Below are positions 1 to 8,223 of a stretch of DNA of 64,000 bases, in pieces. Position 1 is the stretch's first letter; each line of letters opens with the position of its first letter. A model generated the notes under the pieces. The model saw only the letters and a list, made by a program, of their open reading frames with translations. It made no database searches and was not told the origin of the DNA. Origin of the DNA: Longimicrobiales bacterium (GTDB lineage Bacteria; Gemmatimonadota; Gemmatimonadetes; Longimicrobiales; Gaopeijiaceae); contig CBDBCF010000001.1 of assembly GCA_965202985.1 (NCBI GenBank), positions 864,001 through 928,000 on the forward strand, given 5' to 3'. The position numbers and the translations under genes were made by a program.

Positions 1-971
1 TGTCGCAGGCGGAGCTGGGGCGACCGGGGCCGGGGCCGTCGGCGTCTCCAGGCCGAGCCGTCCAGGGCGGGCCGGCCCAGCCCAGCGTGGGGTTCCTCGA
101 CGCCCTCTTCGGCGGCGGACCCGACTTCCAGGTCGCCGAGAGGCTGGGCGCCGAACTTGCGGAGCGGATCGTCGCCGGCGGATATCCGGCCGCTCTCGTG
201 CGCCCCAAGGGCCGCTGGCGCACCGAATGGTACCGGAGCTACGTGGAGACCATCGTGGCGCGAGACGTGCGGGACCTGGCCCGCATCCGCCACCTGGACG
301 CCTTGCCGAAGCTGCTGTCCGTGGCCGCAGCCGGCACCGCCCAGCTCTTCAACGCGACCAAGCTGGCGTCCACCTTCGGCGTCGGCAGGGCGACTGTGCA
401 CGACTACGTGACGCTGCTGGAGCGAGTATTCCTGCTGAACCGGATTCAGCCCTGGCACGGAAGCAGGCTCAAGCGGCTCGTCAAAACGCCGAAGCTCCAC
501 CTGGGCGACACCGGGCTGGCGTGCACGCTGCTTGGCACGGATGCCGCCTACCTTGCCGCCGAGCGCACGCTGCTGGGGCAGCTCCTCGAGACCTTCGTCT
601 GCCAGGAACTTCGGCGAATGGCCAGCGGTCATCCCGAGCCCCACTCGTTCCACCACTACCGTGACAAGGACGGCGCCGAAGTGGACATCGTGATCGAGCG
701 GGGGCGTGCGGTGGCGGGCGTCAAAGTGAAGGCCGCCGCGACCGTCAACCGCGCCGACTTCCGTGGGCTGCGCAAGCTTCGGGCGGCGCTGGGCTCCCGC
801 TTCGCCGGCGGCGTTGTGCTGTACGACGGCGAGTTGGGCGTGTCGTTCGGGGAGGGTCTTCGCGCTGTTCCGATCCGGGCGCTGTGGGAGACTACAAAGG
901 CGTGTGCAGGCTCGGTGAATTCCCGGTCCGGTACGGTCACTGCTCACGAGCTTTCGGAACTCGCAGGCTGA
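1..971 (+). CDS. AAA-family ATP-binding protein with C-terminal DUF4143 domain, 5'-partial
   Basis: Frame is open from the window edge (SQAEL...FLDALF). Family-like motifs GGYP, KRLVKTPKLHLGDTG, GQLLETFV, HYRDKDGAEVDIVIE. Confidence 0.8.
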   Translation, partial: SQAELGRPGPGPSASPGRAVQGGPAQPSVGFLDALFGGGPDFQVAERLGAELAERIVAGGYPAALVRPKGRWRTEWYRSYVETIVARDVRDLARIRHLDALPKLLSVAAAGTAQLFNATKLASTFGVGRATVHDYVTLLERVFLLNRIQPWHGSRLKRLVKTPKLHLGDTGLACTLLGTDAAYLAAERTLLGQLLETFVCQELRRMASGHPEPHSFHHYRDKDGAEVDIVIERGRAVAGVKVKAAATVNRADFRGLRKLRAALGSRFAGGVVLYDGELGVSFGEGLRAVPIRALWETTKACAGSVNSRSGTVTAHELSELAG

Positions 972-3726
972 CCGAGATTACTTCGTCGGCGTCCCCGAGG
1001 GCGCACACCCCCATCCAGTGTCTCCGGGCGGCGGGCTTCACGACCACCACTTCCCCCGACTCGTAAGCCCGAACTTCACGCTGACCCACGAGATAGTTGG
1101 TCAACGAGGACTCCAAACGTTCACCGATTCGGTCCAGCAGCTGCCTCAGGCTCCCATCGGGACTTACGACTTCGACAACCGAGGGTCCAGGCTGATCTTC
1201 CACGACAAAGCGCACCACCCGCAACGGTTCGCGAAGCGGCAGGTCGAACACCTCCGCACGCATTCGATGACGGTTCCCCTCTCGAAGCCAGACGTCGATG
1301 GCGGACCCGAACGCCTTCGCATAGCACACCACGTTCTTGGTCGTCGCCTGCGCCACCGATGTGTCCCGGCCAGCCTTCCACTGCCATGTCGCCCGAAACA
1401 TGCCGTCCCGCACCACAATACGCTCCGAAGGACGCAGCTTGTAGAGTTCGAACACCTCCTCGTCGAGGGCCCGCCACTCGTCCTTGGTCACGGCCTGTCC
1501 GCCCAGCTCTCGAGCCCGGTCGACGATGCGCCGGCCAACTTCTGAGGATGCGGCCTCCGCTAGATCGGGCACTGGTACCTGGGCGACGTCGGCAGACATG
1601 ACTCGGCGATTGGCCAGTCCCAGGGTCGATCCCGTCATGAGCAGGAACCAAGTGGCCAACGACGAACTCAGTATGCCAGCGAGAAGATGCGCAACATCCT
1701 CGTGCTGTGGAGGAAATGCGACGCCGAAGTAGGCGTTGGAATACACTGTGTCTTCCTCGGCAACGGCTACAACCATGCGAGGCATGTACTGCCTCAGAAG
1801 CATCTCCCTCATGATCAACACAGGTGCGCAAAAGATGTGCTTGTCGCGTGGGAACGTCAGTCCTGTGCGGAACATCGTGCCAATCTTCTTGAGTTCGTCC
1901 TTCAGCTCGCCGTGTGCCCTCCACAGGTCGTCGACCAGGGTCAGGTCCCGGTGGGTACCGACGACCGCGCCCTTGAGGAAGCGCGGGTCCCGCTTCCAGT
2001 CCCAGATTGGGAGCGTGGTGACGTCGCTGGGAGCGAGATCGAAGGTGTGGCTCTTTGCTCCGGCCGGCGACCAAGGTGCTTGAGCTGCCTTGATTACGGG
2101 CGGTACATCGCTACGGTGTCCGGCAAAGAGAATCATCGCGGGCATGTTGGCCTTTGGGAAGAGCCATGCGGAAAGATTCGACAGGTTGACCAGCGTCAGC
2201 GGCGCCAGCTTATCGATGATCTGCTGCAGGGCGCGCTGCGCCGTCTCGGCTCGTCCGAAGAAGTGATGTACGCATAGCACCAGGCCCAGGCGGGTGTCGT
2301 CGGAGCCGTACTTCATGGCCTTATTGACGAATCTCAGGCTGGTGCCTCGAGGGCCGGATGCATCATCGTCCCGCGAGGGCGGCATGGATCTCCACAGAGG
2401 GTTGCCCACGATCAGGTCGAACTTCCCGTCCCGGTTAGCGGCGGCCAACTTGTGTTGGTCCGTCCAAACGTCGCCCACGAACAGCGTCTTGCCGATGAGG
2501 GGCCAAAACGCCAGCGCCTGGGGGGGTTGCGGGTTGGGATCGAGGTCCAAGGCGGCCAAGTAGAGGCTGAATGCCGCGACCCTAATCGCGGCCTCGCTGA
2601 TGTCCAGCCCGAAAACCTGCTCGTGCAACACGTACCTTATCATTAGGCCACTTGGAGGCTTCCCACCGGCACGAAGCGTCACCAGCCGCCGGAACGCCTC
2701 GACGAGAAAGACGCCGGAGCCACACGTCAAGTCCAGCACCGTCTCGTGGCCGACGCACTCCACCATGACTTCGTCCAGCACCAGCGACACCAGCGACAAC
2801 CTGGTGCAGTGCACGTTCGTCCCGCCGGCGCTGCCCCGAATGGTCGGGTCGGCCTGAACGAACTGCTCGAAGATGGAGCTGATGAGCTCGACCGGAATGA
2901 TGTCGAACTGATAGGGGAAGAGCGTCCTCTGGCCTGTGCGAGGGTCCACGGCGTCCAGGAAGTCGGCCACGCAACGCAGATGCTCAGGGCGGTCGGGGCG
3001 GCCGTTGATCGGAAACATGTCGCCATCGAAGACGTTGTGGAGCCAGTCGAAGAGCCGTCCGGCGCTCCGCTCGTCGCGCAGCACGTCCGACAGGGTGTTC
3101 CTGCCGCAAAGCTCGTTCAGGAACTCGGGGGTCGCAATCTCTCTGTCGACGAGGTACTGGACAAAGATGGAGCGACCGATCAGCCCTTGGGCGTCAAGTC
3201 GCACCATGCCGCCTTGGAGCAGGTCCCGTTCGAGGCTGGCCAAGTCCGACGACAACTGCTGACCGACGCTGGTTCGTCGATGCACCCTCTTGGCTGCATC
3301 GTGTTCCCAGAAGCGACCCGTCTCCATCGCGAATCTGCCGGCAAGAAGGTCGAGTTCTTCAAGTTTCCCGGCAAGCTTAGCAAAGGTCCGCAGGCGACTG
3401 GCCTTGGCGTCTCCGGCGGCCCGCGGCCGGGCAAAGCCGTTGTAGAGGTTGATCTTGTTCTGCGAGATCACCCAAAGCAGGGGCGACTGTCCTTCGTTCC
3501 ATATCTCCCGACGCCACGTCGCGATGCGCTCCTCGGAAGGCGGCTCGGGCTCCAGCTTGAAGTAGACCGTGAGCGCCGATTCGCCCCGCCACTTTCCGTT
3601 CGGCTTGAAGCTGCGGAAACGCCCATTGGCGGTCGCCTCCTCGCCGAGGGTCACGCCGGGCGCCGGTCGGCCGCCGATCAGGTAGCCCGTGGCTTCCAGG
3701 ACCTCGTGGAAGAGCTGGTCGCTCAC
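937..3726 (-). CDS. Large N6-adenine DNA methyltransferase (type IIG/Eco57I-like architecture), catalytic motif atypical (NPLW)
   Basis: 929 aa. FDIIPVELISSIFEQF, SAM-binding VLDLTCGSGVFL, GLDIS, DLIVGNPLW. Confidence 0.85.
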   Translation of the reverse strand: MSDQLFHEVLEATGYLIGGRPAPGVTLGEEATANGRFRSFKPNGKWRGESALTVYFKLEPEPPSEERIATWRREIWNEGQSPLLWVISQNKINLYNGFARPRAAGDAKASRLRTFAKLAGKLEELDLLAGRFAMETGRFWEHDAAKRVHRRTSVGQQLSSDLASLERDLLQGGMVRLDAQGLIGRSIFVQYLVDREIATPEFLNELCGRNTLSDVLRDERSAGRLFDWLHNVFDGDMFPINGRPDRPEHLRCVADFLDAVDPRTGQRTLFPYQFDIIPVELISSIFEQFVQADPTIRGSAGGTNVHCTRLSLVSLVLDEVMVECVGHETVLDLTCGSGVFLVEAFRRLVTLRAGGKPPSGLMIRYVLHEQVFGLDISEAAIRVAAFSLYLAALDLDPNPQPPQALAFWPLIGKTLFVGDVWTDQHKLAAANRDGKFDLIVGNPLWRSMPPSRDDDASGPRGTSLRFVNKAMKYGSDDTRLGLVLCVHHFFGRAETAQRALQQIIDKLAPLTLVNLSNLSAWLFPKANMPAMILFAGHRSDVPPVIKAAQAPWSPAGAKSHTFDLAPSDVTTLPIWDWKRDPRFLKGAVVGTHRDLTLVDDLWRAHGELKDELKKIGTMFRTGLTFPRDKHIFCAPVLIMREMLLRQYMPRMVVAVAEEDTVYSNAYFGVAFPPQHEDVAHLLAGILSSSLATWFLLMTGSTLGLANRRVMSADVAQVPVPDLAEAASSEVGRRIVDRARELGGQAVTKDEWRALDEEVFELYKLRPSERIVVRDGMFRATWQWKAGRDTSVAQATTKNVVCYAKAFGSAIDVWLREGNRHRMRAEVFDLPLREPLRVVRFVVEDQPGPSVVEVVSPDGSLRQLLDRIGERLESSLTNYLVGQREVRAYESGEVVVVKPAARRHWMGVCALGDADEVISVSLRVPKAREQ

Positions 3727-3846
3727 GGTTCAGGCACTCGCTCCTCATCCGCCCGCGGGAGTCGTCCGGAACGGGACCGCGAAGGCGGAGGGCCGCGGGC
3801 CCGTGGGAGTGCCGGACAAGGTAGCGAAGGGGTCCGACATGCGGTA
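3463..3846. repeat. Repeat A, copy 1 (MTase 5' end plus upstream DNA); copy 2 at about 6142-6523
   Basis: Aligns by eye with scattered substitutions and small indels. Confidence 0.9.
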
Positions 3847-3880
3847 CAGCGTGGCCGGGTCGTGGTCGGTGTCTGTGCGA

Positions 3881-3998
3881 TTTCTTGGATAGTGGGGGCA
3901 AGTTCTTGGGTAGCTGGCCCGATTTCTTGGGTAGTGGCCGATGATTTCTTGGGTAGTCTGGCCCACTTCTTGGGTAGGCGACGACGTTTCTTGGGTAG
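3881..3998. repeat. Six-copy array of TTCTTGGGTAG with 21-22 bp period
   Basis: Cores start at 3882 (TTCTTGGATAG), 3903, 3924, 3946, 3967 and 3988, separated by 10-11 nt variable linkers. Confidence 0.9.
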
Positions 3999-4011
3999 TG
4001 CTGGACGCCGT

Positions 4012-4281
4012 GCACCTCGCTATCGAGCCCACGCAGCTGCCAGCGGAGCCGCCCAGAATGGTTGCGGTAGTCCCACTATTCCGATAGGTTGAATGCCTCG
4101 ATCATCGGACACACGGCCCGCTCCAAGGGCACCCGGCGCAAGCATGAAGAAAGACATCGAGAGCTACGCGCACCGCGACAAGGAGCGCGCCAACAACCCG
4201 CCGGTCGGCCTGGTGACGCCCGCCACGGACAAGGACGCCGGCAAGAAGACCTACGCCCACGACCCCCACATCGACCCCGAG
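4012..4281. repeat. Repeat B, copy 1 (mod upstream region plus first 46 codons); copy 2 at about 8093-8361
   Basis: Coding parts 4144-4281 and 8224-8361 differ at 6 of 138 nt. Upstream DNA also aligns. Confidence 0.92.
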
Positions 4282-5523
4282 GGGCACAAGACCGTGAATC
4301 CTAGCGAACGGAGTCTCCATATAGACGATCTTGTGGACGGCAAGCCTGTCGAAGTGAAGGATCGTGCATCTGCATTTGCACTGAAGGGTTATCTCGAAGA
4401 TGACCCCAGGATGGGAGGGGCAAATCTGATGATATCTAGCTGGAACAACTCGAAGTTTGAGATATGGTCTATGACACGCAGAACGGTGACAGATTTTGGC
4501 AATTGCATGACCGCATTGGCGACAATGCAAGATGTGGTAACCGGCCTAACGAAATCTCCCGAGACTTTCCACCTTGCTGAATTGATGATTGATCGGACAG
4601 CTATTGATGCAGCAAAGATTCTTTCCATCGATTCTCAAAACCCCAGAAAAGATTTCCGAAGGCTTTGGAGGAGTCGGTTGTTTGGCGAACTACCTAGACA
4701 TCGCGGTCATCGTATGTCGTGGAAACTTGATACAGACCCTGTACTCCCCTTTGATATCGGATTGATGTTTGTCGGACTCCCATTTATTAAGAAATCGATA
4801 AATCAACTTGATTATGACACTGGAACTGTGAGGCTGAATAAGTCGAGAGAAAGGTTCCTTGATCAACATGTTTTCAGTATATGGAGGCCTCATGCTGCAC
4901 ATGAGGGGCAGGACGATGACGATGGAGAGCATCAAAAATGTGACTTTACAGTGAGAGACATAGTCCGTTTCATGAGAAACTTGCGGGCAGCTCATGCAGG
5001 CAATGAACCTGGCAAAAACCAAAGCAACAAGTTTTCAATTCTAGAACAACTTTTTCGCGACTATCCGGTCGTAGCAAGGTATGTCAGATTTGTACTAAGT
5101 GCAGTAGTTTTGGAGATTCTTGTCAGAGGAAAACCAATTCTGTCAAAAATAGAGTATGAGCCATCTCCGTCGTGGCGTTTCGATAACCTATCAATTTCTT
5201 TGGTTGACAGGGCTGAAATAGTAGTGTCACGGTTGCCAGTGGACAACCAGCTGCTTGGCTCTGTAACATCGATTCGCCATGACAAGCTTGGCATGACTAG
5301 CAGCAAAAACTTCATCGGCGATGCAAAGATGATTGCAGATGAGGATTCGGTGATGTGGTTTTCTCCGTGGACAGTGATTGCAGGAAGAGGATTGTTGAGG
5401 GACAAGACCAACGTCGTAATTCGTGGTGCTCGCCATAAGACTGACCGTTTATCAGCCAAAACCATCCGTCGTGTGCGGATGGTTGTCAATGGCGAGCAGA
5501 TGTCGGAATGGGTGGATGTTTAG
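4144..5523 (+). CDS. Chimeric hypothetical protein: type III Mod N-terminal 46 aa fused to an AT-richer unknown region with a HEPN-like motif
   Basis: Continuous 459-aa frame. N-terminus MKKDIESY...HDPHIDPE matches Mod at 8224. Composition shifts after 4281. RNLRAAH at 4975-4995. Confidence 0.7.
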   Translation: MKKDIESYAHRDKERANNPPVGLVTPATDKDAGKKTYAHDPHIDPEGHKTVNPSERSLHIDDLVDGKPVEVKDRASAFALKGYLEDDPRMGGANLMISSWNNSKFEIWSMTRRTVTDFGNCMTALATMQDVVTGLTKSPETFHLAELMIDRTAIDAAKILSIDSQNPRKDFRRLWRSRLFGELPRHRGHRMSWKLDTDPVLPFDIGLMFVGLPFIKKSINQLDYDTGTVRLNKSRERFLDQHVFSIWRPHAAHEGQDDDDGEHQKCDFTVRDIVRFMRNLRAAHAGNEPGKNQSNKFSILEQLFRDYPVVARYVRFVLSAVVLEILVRGKPILSKIEYEPSPSWRFDNLSISLVDRAEIVVSRLPVDNQLLGSVTSIRHDKLGMTSSKNFIGDAKMIADEDSVMWFSPWTVIAGRGLLRDKTNVVIRGARHKTDRLSAKTIRRVRMVVNGEQMSEWVDV

Positions 5524-6143
5524 CCCGCCTTATTCATGAAGTGGTCGTGCGGACGGGATTTGTGGAGGTTGGGCGGCGGCGAGGCGCAGACAGTGCGTGA
5601 GTGGGGCCGATTCGGCGTGAATGGGGCCGATTCGGGAGCACGGGGCGGGCGGAGCGAGACTTGCGCAGGCGTTCCTAGCCGGTCCGAGCGCACTTGGACG
5701 CACGGGGGTGTCGGGGCGATCCGGGACCGTCGAACAGGAGGGCGGTTGGCAATCGGTTCTTCCGGGCTAGCCGCCCGGGTCCGGCAACAGGGACAGCTGC
5801 CGGACGGCCAGCGCCCAGTGCTGCGCGGAGCGGCCCACGATCATCGTCACGCGACGGCCCGACACGGTGAACCGGCCTGGCGCGCGCGCATGACGCGCTC
5901 CAGCAGCCGGCGCAGGCTCTCCAGCCGGTCTTGGTGGCCCGTTCCAGCGACGTGCGCAGCACGTGCATGATCTGGTAGCCGAAGAGCGCGACGAGCAGGC
6001 GCACTCGTTGCAGGCGAACGCGTCGACGCTCGGGCCGTGCGTCGCGACCGGTCGGCCCCGGTAGCAGCGTTTGGGCCGCGGCGACGACAGCGCCGGTTCC
6101 ACGACGCTCTTCAGCTCCCCATGTGGCCCTCGGCCTTGCCCCG
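5524..6143 (-). mobile_element. IS1380-family remnant (frameshifted transposase C-terminus at about 5767-6143 and probable right end)
   Basis: Joining frames gives RGKAEGHM/GELKSVVEPALSS...AFACNE/RLLVALFGYQIMH, resembling IS1380 transposase C-termini. Candidate terminus CCCGCCTTATTCATGAA at 5524-5540. Confidence 0.65.
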
Positions 6144-6404
6144 AGATCACCCACAGCAGGGGCGACTGCCCTTCGTCCATATCTCCCGGCGCCACTTCGC
6201 GATGCGCTCCTCGGAAGGCGGCTCGGGCTCCAGCTTGAAGTAGACCGTGAGCGCCGATTCGCCCTGCCACTTTCCGTTCGGCTTGAAATTGCGGAAACGC
6301 CCATTGGCGGTAGCCTCGTCGCCGAGAGTCACGCCGGGCGCCGGTTGGCCATCGATCAGATAGCCCGTGGCTTCCAGGACCTCGTGGAAGAGCTGATCGC
6401 TCAC
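6142..6404 (-). pseudogene. Truncated, frameshifted copy of the 5' end of the N6-MTase gene
   Basis: (M)SDQLFHEVLEATGYL...REIW is near-identical to the gene starting at 3726. 1-bp deletion near 6176. Homology ends at the IS remnant. Confidence 0.88.
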
Positions 6405-6677
6405 GGTCCGGGTACTCACTCCTCGTCCGCCCGCGGGGTCGCCCGGAACGGGACCGCGAAGGCGGAGGAGCCGCGGCCCTTGGGCGTGTCGTACAACGTA
6501 GCAAAAAGGTCGGACATGCGGTAGCGGGGGTCGGAGGGTGCAACCACCGGACTCCCGCCAACACCCACCACTAACCAACAGCCGGGACGCCCCGAGCGTC
6601 CAGGTGTCCAGAAGGCTCAGCGCGTTTGCCTCTGTGGGCGCGGGGAGCGCTCGGACGTGCCGGCTACCCCCCAAACC

Positions 6678-6706
6678 TTGACGCACGGGACGGACGGTGT
6701 TAATGT
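6678..6706 (+). promoter_or_regulatory. Putative sigma70 promoter for the cargo cassette
   Basis: TTGACG, 17-nt spacer ending in TGT, then TAATGT. Confidence 0.45.
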
Positions 6707-6764
6707 CAGTAACGGTCAACCGTGCCGGTCGGCTACACCACCCTCCACAACGGAGAATGGAAGT

Positions 6765-7088
6765 ATGAGCATCGGCAGGTACTTCAAAAAGCGCATCGAC
6801 CCAGCCCCGTGGCCGAAACGTGAGTTCCCCGCGCAGGACGACATCGGTCAGGAATCGGCCATCCCGAGTAGGTACGGCCATGAAAGTGCGCCCGATCCCG
6901 CGCCACGGAAATCTCCTGAGCTTCAAGAACGTAGTCACCGAACCTTCATCAAGGAGATGAACATGTCCGACCAACGCCAGGCAGGAAACGCCCCACCACC
7001 TCCCCCTCCACCGCCAGACCCGGAGCCTCCAAGAACACAAGAAGTCCAGGAGCGCGACCAGAAGCCCGGCAACATTCGCCGCACGTAA
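6765..7088 (+). CDS. Small proline-rich protein (107 aa, or 41 aa from the second start at 6963)
   Basis: GGAG before ATG 6765 and AAGGAG before ATG 6963. Pro8 run and repeated DP(A/E)P motifs. Confidence 0.55.
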   Translation: MSIGRYFKKRIDPAPWPKREFPAQDDIGQESAIPSRYGHESAPDPAPRKSPELQERSHRTFIKEMNMSDQRQAGNAPPPPPPPPDPEPPRTQEVQERDQKPGNIRRT

Positions 7089-7147
7089 CCCGAATCGGCC
7101 GAGGGGTTGCGATGGCCCCTCGCCCCCACCCACCGAAGAATACATCC

Positions 7148-7966
7148 ATGTTTGCAAGGTTGTTTGAGCTTCTACAGGAATCAACAACACTAACTGTTAG
7201 CAATGCTCTCTTGATAGGACTTCCTCCCTTAACGGCAACCATCTATTGTATTGGGCGAGCACTCACGGGGTATGCGCTTCGATCCGTATGGGTGGAAAAC
7301 CACACTGAACGTCAGAAAAGGTGCTGGTTGTGGGCCGGGTTCGCCCTATCTATGGTAGTCGAGCAACCCGCTCCGGGAGGTGACTTCGAGGTGCGCTTGA
7401 AGGGAGTCACGCTTGCGAAAGGGCTCGGTCACAATATAGTAAGTCGTTTGCGTGTCGGCAGGATGATGTTCCGGAGCTACAAGATTCGAGCACGATCGGG
7501 GTTCGTGACAACGTTCGTCGTTACCGATCACTTGACCAGAGGATACGTCGCCGACGCGGAGGCAGTTCTCTATGGAATCGTTCAATGGGTTGACAATTGC
7601 AAAATCGAAGACGAATACGAATGGAAAACCGCGTTCCGGAACGAAATGGATCGATTACACGAAGACAGATCGAAAGAAGACCGGGGACGGTCGCGGGGAT
7701 GGAATAGGGTCCACTACCCACTGCCGGGATACAGAGAGGTGCGCAGGCGATACCTGAAGGACGTCAAGCACGCAGACACATTCTTCGAGGACTGGGCGTG
7801 GGACGTATACAGCAACGACCGCGACAACCTAGCCACAAAATTCAGAAGCATCATAGACCTGCTTCCGGTATTGCCTCGTTCCACGTCTGGACAACCCGCA
7901 CCCACAGTCCCCAAACCTCGCGGACTACGATCAATGACTAGCCCCCCACCTGACACGCAAGCTTGA
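7148..7966 (+). CDS. Hypothetical protein with hydrophobic N-terminal segments
   Basis: 272-aa ORF in an AT-richer segment (alternative start 7112). No family recognised. Confidence 0.65.
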   Translation: MFARLFELLQESTTLTVSNALLIGLPPLTATIYCIGRALTGYALRSVWVENHTERQKRCWLWAGFALSMVVEQPAPGGDFEVRLKGVTLAKGLGHNIVSRLRVGRMMFRSYKIRARSGFVTTFVVTDHLTRGYVADAEAVLYGIVQWVDNCKIEDEYEWKTAFRNEMDRLHEDRSKEDRGRSRGWNRVHYPLPGYREVRRRYLKDVKHADTFFEDWAWDVYSNDRDNLATKFRSIIDLLPVLPRSTSGQPAPTVPKPRGLRSMTSPPPDTQA

Positions 7967-8223
7967 ACGTGTTAGGATGAAGGTTCAAGAAATACCGCTC
8001 CCAACGAACCGACAACCGGCATGGGCTGAGGGGGCGACGCCCTCTCTGGACGACACCACACTGGAGTGCACGCTGCCGGGCAAGGATCCCGCGCACCTCG
8101 CCGTTGAGCCCTCGCTGCGGTGGCGGAGCCGCCCGAAATGGTTGCCGTAGTCCCACTATTCCGATAGGTTGGATGCCTCGATCATCGGACACACGGCCCG
8201 CCCAAGAGCACCCGACCGCAAAC

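Noticed and set aside
3881..3998. CRISPR array interpretation of the 21-bp-period repeats
   Set aside because: The 11-bp repeats and 10-11 bp linkers are far too short, the linkers resemble each other, and no cas genes are present.
6147..7190. 347-aa minus-strand ORF as an extended MTase
   Set aside because: Only 6142-6404 matches the MTase. The rest is antisense to the plus-strand cassette.
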